Virus record (IMG/VR): IMGVR_UViG_3300031087_000234
Location: 1-64,000 of that record
Length of the DNA: 64,000 bases
Direction: 5' to 3' (one strand)
Origin: an uncultured virus (IMG/VR IMGVR_UViG_3300031087_000234)
Lineage: Duplodnaviria > Heunggongvirae > Uroviricota > Caudoviricetes
The translations under genes and the position numbers were made by a program. The notes below the pieces were generated by a model, which had not been told where the DNA came from, made no database searches, and was given only the letters and a program-made list of their open reading frames with translations. Below, one piece after another: positions 10,496 through 19,180 of the stretch. Positions within the stretch are counted from its first letter, which is position 1; each line of letters begins with the position of its first letter.

Positions 10496-10683
10496 ATATA
10501 GGCGCTAATATTCTAGAAGAGGATAAGTACTGTCAAAAATGCGGAGGCTTGGTTGACTTCAAGCAATGCTTGGCTAAGCTAAGTGCTCCTCCGAGCTATG
10601 AATATCATTGTAGCTCGTGCTATTCTCACGTATTAACGGTAGAAGGAGATAAATACAGAAATGTTCAAACTAAAAGTAATTAA
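10492..10683 (+). CDS. Small zinc-ribbon protein
   Basis: CxxC...CxxC, ATGA coupling. Confidence 0.65.
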   Translation: MNIGANILEEDKYCQKCGGLVDFKQCLAKLSAPPSYEYHCSSCYSHVLTVEGDKYRNVQTKSN

Positions 10684-10882
10684 GAAAGTAGGTGAAGTTC
10701 AGACTACCGTCGAAGTAGAAACAGACAGTAAAGATATGGTACTGGCTATTCTGCGTCATAACGATGTTATTTCGGTGGATAGTGATGTTCCTAACCGTAA
10801 TGTTGATCCAGATTGGTTGCAGATGGTTCGTTTAGCAGAGGAGTACAAACTGCCTACTGCACCATTCACTGTTACCTGCTAA
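10661..10882 (+). CDS. Hypothetical protein
   Basis: AGGAG RBS. Confidence 0.65.
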   Translation: MFKLKVIKKVGEVQTTVEVETDSKDMVLAILRHNDVISVDSDVPNRNVDPDWLQMVRLAEEYKLPTAPFTVTC

Positions 10883-10892
10883 GGAGGGATTT

Positions 10893-11612
10893 GTGTTAGT
10901 TGGTGAACTACCAGAAGAAATCAGAGAACTCTACCACTTACTCTACAAATATGCTGAGAATAATAGCTTGTCTTTCGATGAAGCTGTTTCTGAGGTTGTC
11001 CGTTTAAGTCGGGAGTTTAACGACTCCCAAGAAAAGCAGTCCAAAGAAGGCCCAAGTAATCTACTAGCCTATACTGGCGTTGGTAGTCGGGATGTAAGTG
11101 ATGAAGAATTCGACTTGATGGAAGCCGTTGCAAAATGGTTAGCAGGTCAAGGATATGTTCTTCGTAGCGGTAAAGCTCTTGGAAGTGATAGCGCATTTGA
11201 GAGTGGAGTAAACTTGGCAGGGGATCTTTCTATGAAAGAGATCTACACTCCGTGGGAGAAGTTCAACGGTAATGAGTTGGAAGGAGAAACAATCCCTCTT
11301 GGAAAACCTTCGACAGTAGATTTCGGCATCTCTCTAAAGTTGGTCAGAGAAATCCATCCAGCCGCAGATAGACTTTCTCCAGGGGGTTTAAAGCTCCATC
11401 AAAGAAACTGTCACCAAGTGTTAGGCAGGAGCCTAGAGAATCCAGTTCCATCTCGTTTTCTTTTAGCTTGCAGTAAGGAAGATAAAGATGGTAATGTACA
11501 AGGTGGAACACGAACAGCTTGGATGCTAGCTAAGAAATATGGCGTACCGTGCTTGAATATTCGTGGTAAAACTAAGAAAGAGATTTTTGCTTTCCTTAAA
11601 TCTGTTATGTAA
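10893..11612 (+). CDS. SLOG/DprA-like Rossmann-fold protein
   Basis: TGVGSR, LRSGKALGSDSAFE, GGTRTA motifs. Confidence 0.75.
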   Translation: MLVGELPEEIRELYHLLYKYAENNSLSFDEAVSEVVRLSREFNDSQEKQSKEGPSNLLAYTGVGSRDVSDEEFDLMEAVAKWLAGQGYVLRSGKALGSDSAFESGVNLAGDLSMKEIYTPWEKFNGNELEGETIPLGKPSTVDFGISLKLVREIHPAADRLSPGGLKLHQRNCHQVLGRSLENPVPSRFLLACSKEDKDGNVQGGTRTAWMLAKKYGVPCLNIRGKTKKEIFAFLKSVM

Positions 11613-11615
11613 CCA

Positions 11616-11631
11616 GCCCTTCGGGGCTTTT
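11616..11631 (+). terminator. Intrinsic terminator
   Basis: AGCCC-TTCG-GGGCT-TTT. Confidence 0.75.
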
Positions 11632-11647
11632 AAGAGGAGAATAAATA

Positions 11648-11929
11648 ATGTCAGAACATAAAATTGCAGAAGATGGTATTGAAGCTAGTTTCGTAGAATC
11701 TTGGGAAGGTTGGGATGAAATGGATACAAGCGATCTGTACTTCTACGATGTTAAACTTAAGCCAGGTATCTTCCCACAGGAATTGTATCAAAAAGAGGCA
11801 GAAGTAAAAGCCGCAGGCGGTCAGATTGATCTGGGTATTTGGGGTCAGACAAGTGTTATGGAACTTTACGATGGTAGTGAAGAACCCATTTTCAAAAGTC
11901 TGTTTAAACTTACTTTAGTGGAGGAGTAA
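11648..11929 (+). CDS. Hypothetical acidic protein
   Basis: GAGGAG RBS. Confidence 0.7.
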   Translation: MSEHKIAEDGIEASFVESWEGWDEMDTSDLYFYDVKLKPGIFPQELYQKEAEVKAAGGQIDLGIWGQTSVMELYDGSEEPIFKSLFKLTLVEE

Positions 11930-11930
11930 A

Positions 11931-12359
11931 ATGTCTAAGTTAGGTGAAGTATTTATTGACCGTTGGGGTGATGAGGCTTTTATCTGTGTCTACGACTCTG
12001 TTACTAAGACGCGCCTTGATGAAAATGACCCGAGTAGCATTCTGCGTAATTGGCGGTTAGACCCAGAGGCAATCTTAGAGCATATTGAACAATACCCAGA
12101 AGAGAGCGCATACCTTAGTGAGTATGGCGATATTGAAGATTATGATTCAATGATGGATGATCGTGTTTTGCGTAGCGAGTCGGCTATCAAAGAAGGAGAA
12201 GACCTTCACAAACGCATTAAAAAAGCTCTGAAAGGTATTGAAGGCTTGGATCTAAACAACCTGATTCTGTCTAACGGGGTAGTGTATAACGGCAATGACG
12301 CTTGTTGCGATTATATCCAAGGGACTTACGCTTGGTGTTCAAGCTCTATGGAGTGCTAA
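11931..12359 (+). CDS. Hypothetical protein ending WCSSSMEC
   Basis: GGAGGAG RBS. Confidence 0.75.
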   Translation: MSKLGEVFIDRWGDEAFICVYDSVTKTRLDENDPSSILRNWRLDPEAILEHIEQYPEESAYLSEYGDIEDYDSMMDDRVLRSESAIKEGEDLHKRIKKALKGIEGLDLNNLILSNGVVYNGNDACCDYIQGTYAWCSSSMEC

Positions 12360-12360
12360 T

Positions 12361-12825
12361 ATGATTAGTTACAAAGAGCGAACTAAAAGATTCAACATTG
12401 ACCGTTTGCAGTTTTCTGATTATGGTTCAGCGTTGAGCAAACTATTGTATGATCGACTTCCTCATTTCCTGCCGATTGAGTTCTCATCTACGAGTAGTGT
12501 TCCTGTTCTGGGCAAAGAACCAGTACAGCTAACTCAGTACACGTTTGATGCAGAGTTAGATAAGCAGGATATTCGAGACCTTGGATTTATTGCTCAGGGG
12601 CTTATGCCCCAAGAATACACGTTGTTCGATAGAGCCTTAACTCTGATTTACAATCAAATACACAGTGAAGTTAAATATCTTCACGAGAGTGGTACTCCTA
12701 AGGATATGCAAAAGATCATCTTCTGGGCTGTGCCAGGCGGGTATCCGATTGTTGCAGCAGTAAGAGATAATAACATTAGTATTACGGTTACATTTAAGGT
12801 GGTGCCAAATGACGAAGCAAACTAA
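12361..12825 (+). CDS. Hypothetical protein
   Basis: GGAG RBS before ATG 12361. Confidence 0.7.
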   Translation: MISYKERTKRFNIDRLQFSDYGSALSKLLYDRLPHFLPIEFSSTSSVPVLGKEPVQLTQYTFDAELDKQDIRDLGFIAQGLMPQEYTLFDRALTLIYNQIHSEVKYLHESGTPKDMQKIIFWAVPGGYPIVAAVRDNNISITVTFKVVPNDEAN

Positions 12826-13351
12826 AGTAATATCTCTTGTAGCAGGCCCAGGTGCTGGTAAGTCAACAACAGCCGCTGGTATCTTCCATCATATGAAGTT
12901 GGATCAGACCTACAAGGTGGAGTTGGTAACAGAGGTTATTAAAGATGCCGTATACGATGAGAACAAAGGTATGTTACAAGATCAGTTGCTTCTCACCGCA
13001 ACTCAAAATCACGCCCTACATCGTCTTATCGGTAAAGTTGATTTCGTTATCAGTGATGCTTGTCTTCTTAATGGTATCGTGTACAATCGTTTCTACAATA
13101 CACCGAGTGTGTTGGATAATCTGATTCTCCAACTTTTCAGGGAGTATGATAACACAGTTATTATGTTACCGCGTAAAGCAAAGTATGAGGGTTACGGTAG
13201 AAGTCAAACCGAAGAAGAAGCTAAGCAATTAGATAAAATTTTCATTGACGTTCTTGAAGAACTTGGTGTACCATATCACAACTTAACCCACTCTGGTTTA
13301 TCCACAAAGGAGCTACCAGAACATATTATCAATATTATTGGAGGTAATTAA
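12809..13351 (+). CDS. P-loop kinase/ATPase (NadR-like)
   Basis: AGPGAGKST Walker A, ISD, GRSQT. Confidence 0.75.
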   Translation: MTKQTKVISLVAGPGAGKSTTAAGIFHHMKLDQTYKVELVTEVIKDAVYDENKGMLQDQLLLTATQNHALHRLIGKVDFVISDACLLNGIVYNRFYNTPSVLDNLILQLFREYDNTVIMLPRKAKYEGYGRSQTEEEAKQLDKIFIDVLEELGVPYHNLTHSGLSTKELPEHIINIIGGN

Positions 13352-13548
13352 TGTCTACTAGTAAAAACCGCAAGATTGTCCAGGATGCTATCAACTCAAT
13401 CACTCCTGACCTGACAGAAGGACGAAATACTTTTGTCTTGGAAGGTGGTGTTGAAGTTGTCGTAAACGTTCCTCGTCCTGCTGTGGAAGAAGACCCCGAA
13501 GATTGGTGGGAGTCCTCAGAAGAGTATTGGGAAGATAGTGGTTGCTAA
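13351..13548 (+). CDS. Hypothetical protein ending WESS...WEDSGC
   Basis: GGAGG RBS, TAATG coupling. Confidence 0.7.
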   Translation: MSTSKNRKIVQDAINSITPDLTEGRNTFVLEGGVEVVVNVPRPAVEEDPEDWWESSEEYWEDSGC

Positions 13549-13566
13549 TTAGCAAAATATTTGATA

Positions 13567-13588
13567 GCCTACTTCGGTAGGCTTTTTT
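13567..13588 (+). terminator. Intrinsic terminator
   Basis: AGCCTAC-TTCG-GTAGGCT-TTTT. Confidence 0.85.
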
Positions 13589-13603
13589 ACATTAGGAGGA
13601 AAT

Positions 13604-13864
13604 ATGAGAGCAGTTAGTGGTGATTGTGTGTTTGGTGGTTGTGTTGCAATTGTGTTTGGGCTAGATGCTGAGTACCCAATGGGAGCTACAGTTCACGTCC
13701 AGCACCGCATCGATGAAAACCCTGTATGGTTTTGCATCTACGATTGCCCTGTTGATGGTTACAAAGAAGTATACCTGCACGAAGAAAACCTGAGTCGAGT
13801 TACACCAGAAGATGAGGATACGATTGAGCGTTATTGGGGATCTAATGGAGGTGTGTATGCGTGA
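13604..13864 (+). CDS. Hypothetical protein
   Basis: AGGAGG RBS. Confidence 0.65.
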   Translation: MRAVSGDCVFGGCVAIVFGLDAEYPMGATVHVQHRIDENPVWFCIYDCPVDGYKEVYLHEENLSRVTPEDEDTIERYWGSNGGVYA

Positions 13865-14051
13865 TATAGTTTTTATGGTGATTGATGAGCACGGTATTCC
13901 TACTTGGTTCCCGACAAGTACCCTTGCTTCTCATTTTATTCAAACGAGTGGGCTTGAGGGTTACACAGAGATTCATAGAATAGATATCCCTAAGATTCAG
14001 GATGAACTGTTGAACTCTAAAGAAGAGATTGAAGAACTGTTTAAATTTTAG
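13857..14051 (+). CDS. Hypothetical protein
   Basis: GGAGG RBS before ATG 13857. Confidence 0.6.
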   Translation: MRDIVFMVIDEHGIPTWFPTSTLASHFIQTSGLEGYTEIHRIDIPKIQDELLNSKEEIEELFKF

Positions 14052-14060
14052 GAGGTAGGT

Positions 14061-14147
14061 ATGTCGTTTCATTTGTTCGGTGTAGGAAATGTTCTAATCT
14101 TTATCATTATCATCATTTGTTTGTGGGAATGGTGGAAAAGGACTTAA
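14061..14147 (+). CDS. 28 aa single-TM peptide (MSFHLFGVGNVLIFIIIIICLWEWWKRT)
   Basis: AGGAGG RBS, hydrophobic stretch, ends just before a terminator. Confidence 0.55.
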   Translation: MSFHLFGVGNVLIFIIIIICLWEWWKRT

Positions 14148-14151
14148 CAAC

Positions 14152-14177
14152 AGGGAGCCGAAAGGCTCCTTTCCTTT
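14152..14177 (+). terminator. Terminator of the rightward arm
   Basis: GGAGCC-GAAA-GGCTCC followed by T-rich tract. Confidence 0.8.
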
Positions 14178-14276
14178 ATGTAAGCCATTCTAAGAGCCTA
14201 TAAACCCTTCCCAATACATTTCCTCGCCTTACCCCTATAAATCCTCTTAGAATAGCTCCTGTGAATCGTAGGCAAT

Positions 14277-14300
14277 AAAAAAGGAGCCTTTCGGCTCCCT
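14277..14300 (-). terminator. Terminator of the leftward arm
   Basis: Same GGAGCC-GAAA-GGCTCC hairpin plus T6 on the minus strand. Confidence 0.85.
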
Positions 14301-14304
14301 TGTA

Positions 14305-15060
14305 TTATCCTTCTAAGTGTTTCTCTACCTGCCGGATGAAATGGGGATTACCAAACGTCTCCACAGCACCTGCAATCCACAGGGTTATCTTACCTTCATC
14401 TGCATACTTAACTTCAAGAGCATTGGGCTTAGGATTGACAACCCAAGTCTTGTAGCCGCCATATTTCTCCCAATGAACAAGCTCATCAACAAAATCGATA
14501 ACAACACCAGAACAACCAACAACAATGACCAGATCCTGAGTAGTGAGGCTGCTCATAATTGTATTCTGCTCAATGTATGCCGGAGCATACTCACCAAAGA
14601 AGATAACGTTAGGTTTTGCCCAATGATATTCATCTGGGTCGATAGCTGAGTACCCTACATCCTTGACTATCTTATTATCACCCTCTTCTTGTTGCACAAT
14701 AACTTCTGGAAGATATCCGTGGAGGTGCAAAACATCTTTATGAGGGATTCCAGCACGTTCTAGCAAGTCATCTACGTTAGTTGTCACATTCACAACCTGA
14801 CCAGGATAGCGTTGATACCATTCAGCAACGCGCAGATGCGCTAGGTTTGGTTCGACTGTTTCCAGTTCTTGTCTACGCTTATTGTAGAAATCGTGTGTCT
14901 TACCATAGAAGCCCAAGTTAAAGGCTTGAATGTTGCATACTTGGTCAACAGAGTATTCGTCCCACATAGCAACTCCGCTTTCCGAATCTGTACGGAAGGC
15001 ACGTACACCGCTTTCAACACTAATACCCGCTCCTGAAATAACAATAATACGTCTAGGCAT
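14305..15060 (-). CDS. Sir2/CobB-family NAD-dependent deacylase
   Basis: SGAGISVESG, PNLAH, TTNVDDLLERAG, HLHG, PNVIFFGE, VVNP. Confidence 0.92.
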   Translation of the reverse strand: MPRRIIVISGAGISVESGVRAFRTDSESGVAMWDEYSVDQVCNIQAFNLGFYGKTHDFYNKRRQELETVEPNLAHLRVAEWYQRYPGQVVNVTTNVDDLLERAGIPHKDVLHLHGYLPEVIVQQEEGDNKIVKDVGYSAIDPDEYHWAKPNVIFFGEYAPAYIEQNTIMSSLTTQDLVIVVGCSGVVIDFVDELVHWEKYGGYKTWVVNPKPNALEVKYADEGKITLWIAGAVETFGNPHFIRQVEKHLEG

Positions 15061-15331
15061 CTTTCTTTTCCTCCAAATTAATAGTTTCTTTTTTCACAAC
15101 ACGACCGCTAAATTCTTGACGGTAAGTGTAGTATTTCATTGCAATGATACGTCTTGCTTCGGTTTCAGTGCAAACTTCAACAACATCCACCCATACAGTG
15201 AAGTATGTGATGATATCTGCAAGAGCACTTAGCCCAAACCTACGCTTCTGCACCATATAGGTTGCAGGGCCAGAATCGTGATGCAGTTTTTGTAACCGAA
15301 ACATCTCAGATTTTGTTTTCATTTCAGACAT
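15053..15331 (-). CDS. Hypothetical protein
   Basis: Overlapping operon packing. Confidence 0.6.
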   Translation of the reverse strand: MSEMKTKSEMFRLQKLHHDSGPATYMVQKRRFGLSALADIITYFTVWVDVVEVCTETEARRIIAMKYYTYRQEFSGRVVKKETINLEEKKDA

Positions 15332-15993
15332 TCACTCCTCCATTTGTCATACGCTTCTTGATCGCCGTAGGCAACATAAACCTCAACTTCTTCAATAGGG
15401 TTATCGTGATCTGACCAACGAATAGTGCCACCAAACTTACTTCCAGGGAAGATAAACTCAGCAGTCTTCGTGATCATCGGATAGTCAATGTTCCACTTGA
15501 GGATATGGTAGTCAGGGAAGTTATCGATCACGTACTGCTTAAACTTAGCCCCAGCTTGACGGAATCCTTCGAGATAATATGCTTCTTCCTCCACTTCTCT
15601 CATATTGAAGTAGATGTGCCTTCTGTTAGGACTCTCAACCAGATCTTCTGGCACATAGAGTCCATCCATATAGCCAGCGTGATCCTCTTCAATCTCTTCA
15701 TATTGCTCTCGGGTTACAGGTTCGTTTAAGCGGTATTGCCAAAACTCACTATAGATATACCAGCCCTCGTTGATAAATTCCTTCTCTGGAACAAAACCTA
15801 ACTCTGCCCATTTGTCAAACTTAGGCTCACGCTTTGCGTAGTATTGCGTTTCATCATAGTAAAAACCCATTTTAGATGCGCCCAGGCGACGAGCCTGTAA
15901 ACCGTGAGTAGCAAACACAACAACTGCACCTTCTTCATAATCGGGAGCAGTAACAACAAAAGCTCTTGAAATCTTATCCATACTTACCTCCAT
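15319..15993 (-). CDS. Hypothetical protein
   Basis: 224 aa ORF; start may be a few codons downstream. Confidence 0.7.
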   Translation of the reverse strand: MEVSMDKISRAFVVTAPDYEEGAVVVFATHGLQARRLGASKMGFYYDETQYYAKREPKFDKWAELGFVPEKEFINEGWYIYSEFWQYRLNEPVTREQYEEIEEDHAGYMDGLYVPEDLVESPNRRHIYFNMREVEEEAYYLEGFRQAGAKFKQYVIDNFPDYHILKWNIDYPMITKTAEFIFPGSKFGGTIRWSDHDNPIEEVEVYVAYGDQEAYDKWRSECLK

Positions 15994-16642
15994 AAACGAG
16001 AAAAGGAGAAGGTATCAAACCCTCTCCTTAAAGTCAAGCATTAAGACCAATGAATATGTAAGATCATTTCATAGATCAGCCAAACAGTACCAATGATACT
16101 GGCGATAGCACCAAGTCCAGCGAAAATGAACATTACCATAAAAAATCCTTCCCAGCCCTTACCGAACATCTTCTTTCTCCTCTAGTAATTTACGTAGACG
16201 TAGTACTTCGAAAGCTAGTACACGTTCCATACCATTATGACTATCGTCACGAAGATACTCAAGCAACTCTTCTGTTAATTCTAATTGTTTCATTATGCTT
16301 TAGTCCACCTTATCTGAATAACATCATAATTATATATATCTTGAACTTGCGGCCCTATCTCATTGAGGAGGCAAGACCAAGCCTCAGCCTTAGAAGTGAA
16401 AATCAAAAATTGAGTGCTGTCGTTACGCCAAGCCAGCCCATCCTGCTCTTTATGATAAATAGCCCACATATCTCACCTCCAGTGTAAGTAAAGCAGGAAA
16501 CCACCGCCTGCAAGGATCATTAGTACGAGAATTGCAAAGATCCACTTAAAGACCTTTCTTTCCAGTAAGTTTGGGCACTCTATCACAAGCTCAAAGATGA
16601 AAGCAAGCAGTTGCCCAATAAGTTCAAAGATTTCACCTTCCA

Positions 16643-17308
16643 CTAGCTGTTCTCCAAAAACACAGCCCGAGCAAAGCCACGAGGAGTAAGAGATCTTAGC
16701 TGTTTAGTACGAGCAGACTTACCTCCCAAGTACTTCCATCCCCAGAAGAATCCGCAGTGGTCTACAGGCTTTTTAGCAGGCATCTTGAAGCCATTGCCAG
16801 CCCAGATACACGTTTTCTTGGTGTATCCATCACATACAGGCATCTTAGGATGAAAACTACCTTCTTCTGGACTCAGATAGCCACCATACTCATAAGGATG
16901 GAAGTAGTAGTCAGGTTTACGCCATTCTGTTGATAATTTCCCAACAGGATTCTCCAGATACCAAGGACAATCGTATAGATCGCCCAAATAAGGAATCAAA
17001 TCTACGTTACTTCTCGCCAACTGCATCTCTTGCTCTGTCCTGACGTGCTGATCTCCAGATTGAGCAAAGAAAGTACAATCAGGATATGCAAACATAATAT
17101 CTGGTACAGGTAAACCCATTTCCACACGTTTTTCATCGAAAGATTTGTCAATCCAGAGATTAACGTAGTGAAGGTTAGGGTGCTGCATCTTAACGAAGTA
17201 TTCTCCGTGGTTCCCCTCGTCTGCATTGAAGCAATAGACAGTGTGACCTGCCTTTGCATAATCATACCCTGCAATTCCACTACCATCGAACAGGGAGAAT
17301 ACAATCAT
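16643..17308 (-). CDS. Short phage-type DNA cytosine-C5 methyltransferase
   Basis: SLFDGSG (motif I), PDC catalytic Cys, LENP, RSLTPRGF. Confidence 0.8.
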   Translation of the reverse strand: MIVFSLFDGSGIAGYDYAKAGHTVYCFNADEGNHGEYFVKMQHPNLHYVNLWIDKSFDEKRVEMGLPVPDIMFAYPDCTFFAQSGDQHVRTEQEMQLARSNVDLIPYLGDLYDCPWYLENPVGKLSTEWRKPDYYFHPYEYGGYLSPEEGSFHPKMPVCDGYTKKTCIWAGNGFKMPAKKPVDHCGFFWGWKYLGGKSARTKQLRSLTPRGFARAVFLENS

Positions 17309-17496
17309 TCAGCAGTCTCCCACAAACCAAAGGCAATACCATCCTCAACACTAACTTCGCCTATGGCTTGGCAGTTATTGCATACGAGGAAATCTCCATC
17401 GTAAAACCAATCCTTTTTGACAGAAGAAGTGGTGATAGTTGTATCCGCAGCAGCACAGATATCACAATGAATCCAGTTACATTTTACTTTTTGCAT
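17305..17496 (-). CDS. Small zinc-ribbon protein
   Basis: CDIC...CNNC. Confidence 0.6.
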   Translation of the reverse strand: MQKVKCNWIHCDICAAADTTITTSSVKKDWFYDGDFLVCNNCQAIGEVSVEDGIAFGLWETAE

Positions 17497-17666
17497 TTAA
17501 TCTCCTCAAGAAATCCCCAGCCCACAAACTTCTCCAGGCTTTTCTTTGTATGGTGAGACTTATACCAACCACCTGATTGATCCTCTGCCTCAACTCCAGT
17601 TGTTTTGTTCAAGCGATACTTGCGACCAGCCGCACCAATCTTACCAGTAGAAACGAAGTATTTCAC
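17484..17666 (-). CDS. Hypothetical protein
   Basis: GGAG RBS, GTG start. Confidence 0.55.
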   Translation of the reverse strand: MKYFVSTGKIGAAGRKYRLNKTTGVEAEDQSGGWYKSHHTKKSLEKFVGWGFLEEIKCKK

Positions 17667-17667
17667 A

Positions 17668-18594
17668 TTACTCTCCTTTGTATGGTCTGCAATTATGCTG
17701 ATTCTTTTTGAATCGCTCTATGTAATCTGTTTTTCCCAAAGAATGATACAGGTTGACTACTTTGAAGTAATTCTCCCAGGCATATTCTCTAAAACGTCCC
17801 GATGTGATCGAGGTACAGATTTTCATTAATGCTATCATAAAACTCTTCTCGGGGTCAATCTCAAAATCATTAGGAATCTGAGAACGTTCTAAAGCCAGCA
17901 CACAAGCCTCTTCGTAAACACCCAATAGACGATATTCTTCTTCAACCTCAAAGAATTTATCCATAGAGGTCATCACCTCAGCACCTTCCACCATATAGTA
18001 CCGGAATGCGGGTTTGTCGTAAAGAGCAATTGCATCGTGGATATCATCGTGCTCGTAGATGTAGTTTATACCATCACCTGAGAAAAACTCTCCGCTGGAT
18101 ACATTCAACTTAGGGTGAGAGTAGTTGTAGGTTTCTTTCATACGCTTCTGGTAGATATCTTGGAGATCCTCTGGAATCTCAGCACCTAAGCTACGCATAA
18201 AGAGAATATCTTTCATTGTTTTCACAAAGTGAACAGAATTTTTCTTATAACGATGAGACATTTTAAGGAGGTAGAGGATGTTCAGAGGAACACACATACC
18301 TAAACCATCTGTCTGAATCTTTAGCTCACTATGGTTTGCATAACTCCAAACAAGAATATCGTGACCACTACTGCCTTCCTGAGCAATTTCATATTCTTCG
18401 ATCAACTGACCATCCTTTCGGATTAGCCCCTTGTTTCCCGAGCGAGTCACATTATATCCAGCACACTCTGATCGATAAGATACGTTGGCCCATTCACGTT
18501 CTGAGCAGATATAGTCGATATCTAGCATAGTTTTACGGAGTTTGATGCCCTCTGGAACGTATTCTAGTAGTGCCTGACTGCCAATGATAACCAT
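17668..18594 (-). CDS. Conserved phage protein with N-terminal nucleotidyltransferase-like motif
   Basis: IIGS...DID (hGS-DxD), HDDIH; GGAGG RBS. Confidence 0.6.
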   Translation of the reverse strand: MVIIGSQALLEYVPEGIKLRKTMLDIDYICSEREWANVSYRSECAGYNVTRSGNKGLIRKDGQLIEEYEIAQEGSSGHDILVWSYANHSELKIQTDGLGMCVPLNILYLLKMSHRYKKNSVHFVKTMKDILFMRSLGAEIPEDLQDIYQKRMKETYNYSHPKLNVSSGEFFSGDGINYIYEHDDIHDAIALYDKPAFRYYMVEGAEVMTSMDKFFEVEEEYRLLGVYEEACVLALERSQIPNDFEIDPEKSFMIALMKICTSITSGRFREYAWENYFKVVNLYHSLGKTDYIERFKKNQHNCRPYKGE

Positions 18595-18609
18595 ATTGTC
18601 CTCCTGTAG

Positions 18610-18637
18610 AAATGAGAAATCCCGCCGAAGCGGGATT
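18610..18637 (-). terminator. Intrinsic terminator
   Basis: AATCCCGC-TTCG-GCGGGATT on the minus strand. Confidence 0.7.
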
Positions 18638-18640
18638 ATA

Positions 18641-19174
18641 TTAATGCTGCTGTACGGAGAGAATCTCTCCTTTAGCGAACGATTCCTGCTTAGAAACTAC
18701 TTTACCATCTTTGAAGAAATAAGCAAAGCGTTTTTCAGTTGCCAGATCTTCGTAAAGGACTGCATCCAGGTATGAGAAAGGGATGATAGTATTGTTGTTG
18801 ATAGTGATTAGATCGATAGTCTTAGTGTTATCAATCTTAACTTCATCACTACGAGTATCAATAATCAAACCTTTTACTCGTGTGAAGTGATAAGTCTTAC
18901 CATCGTTATAGATCAGAGTAATCTTACGATTTGAGTTTTCATTTACTTTTTCCACTTTAACCTCCTCAACAATTCCTACCCGAGACAGATCATCTTCTCT
19001 GTATGCGTTATATTCGCCATTATCCCAATCTACCTTTATCGGATGAGTTTGATAATGACTCTCAAATACCTCCCTGATTGTGCCTTGGCACATTGGGTTG
19101 TTAGAGTCAGTATTTTTATTCCCGTGATACTGCGAACCTACTGCAATCACTACACGATCACCTTTCTTAAACAT
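18641..19174 (-). CDS. Hypothetical protein with SH3-like N-terminal domain
   Basis: FKKGDRV...VDWDNG pattern. Confidence 0.7.
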   Translation of the reverse strand: MFKKGDRVVIAVGSQYHGNKNTDSNNPMCQGTIREVFESHYQTHPIKVDWDNGEYNAYREDDLSRVGIVEEVKVEKVNENSNRKITLIYNDGKTYHFTRVKGLIIDTRSDEVKIDNTKTIDLITINNNTIIPFSYLDAVLYEDLATEKRFAYFFKDGKVVSKQESFAKGEILSVQQH

Positions 19175-19180
19175 ATTACC

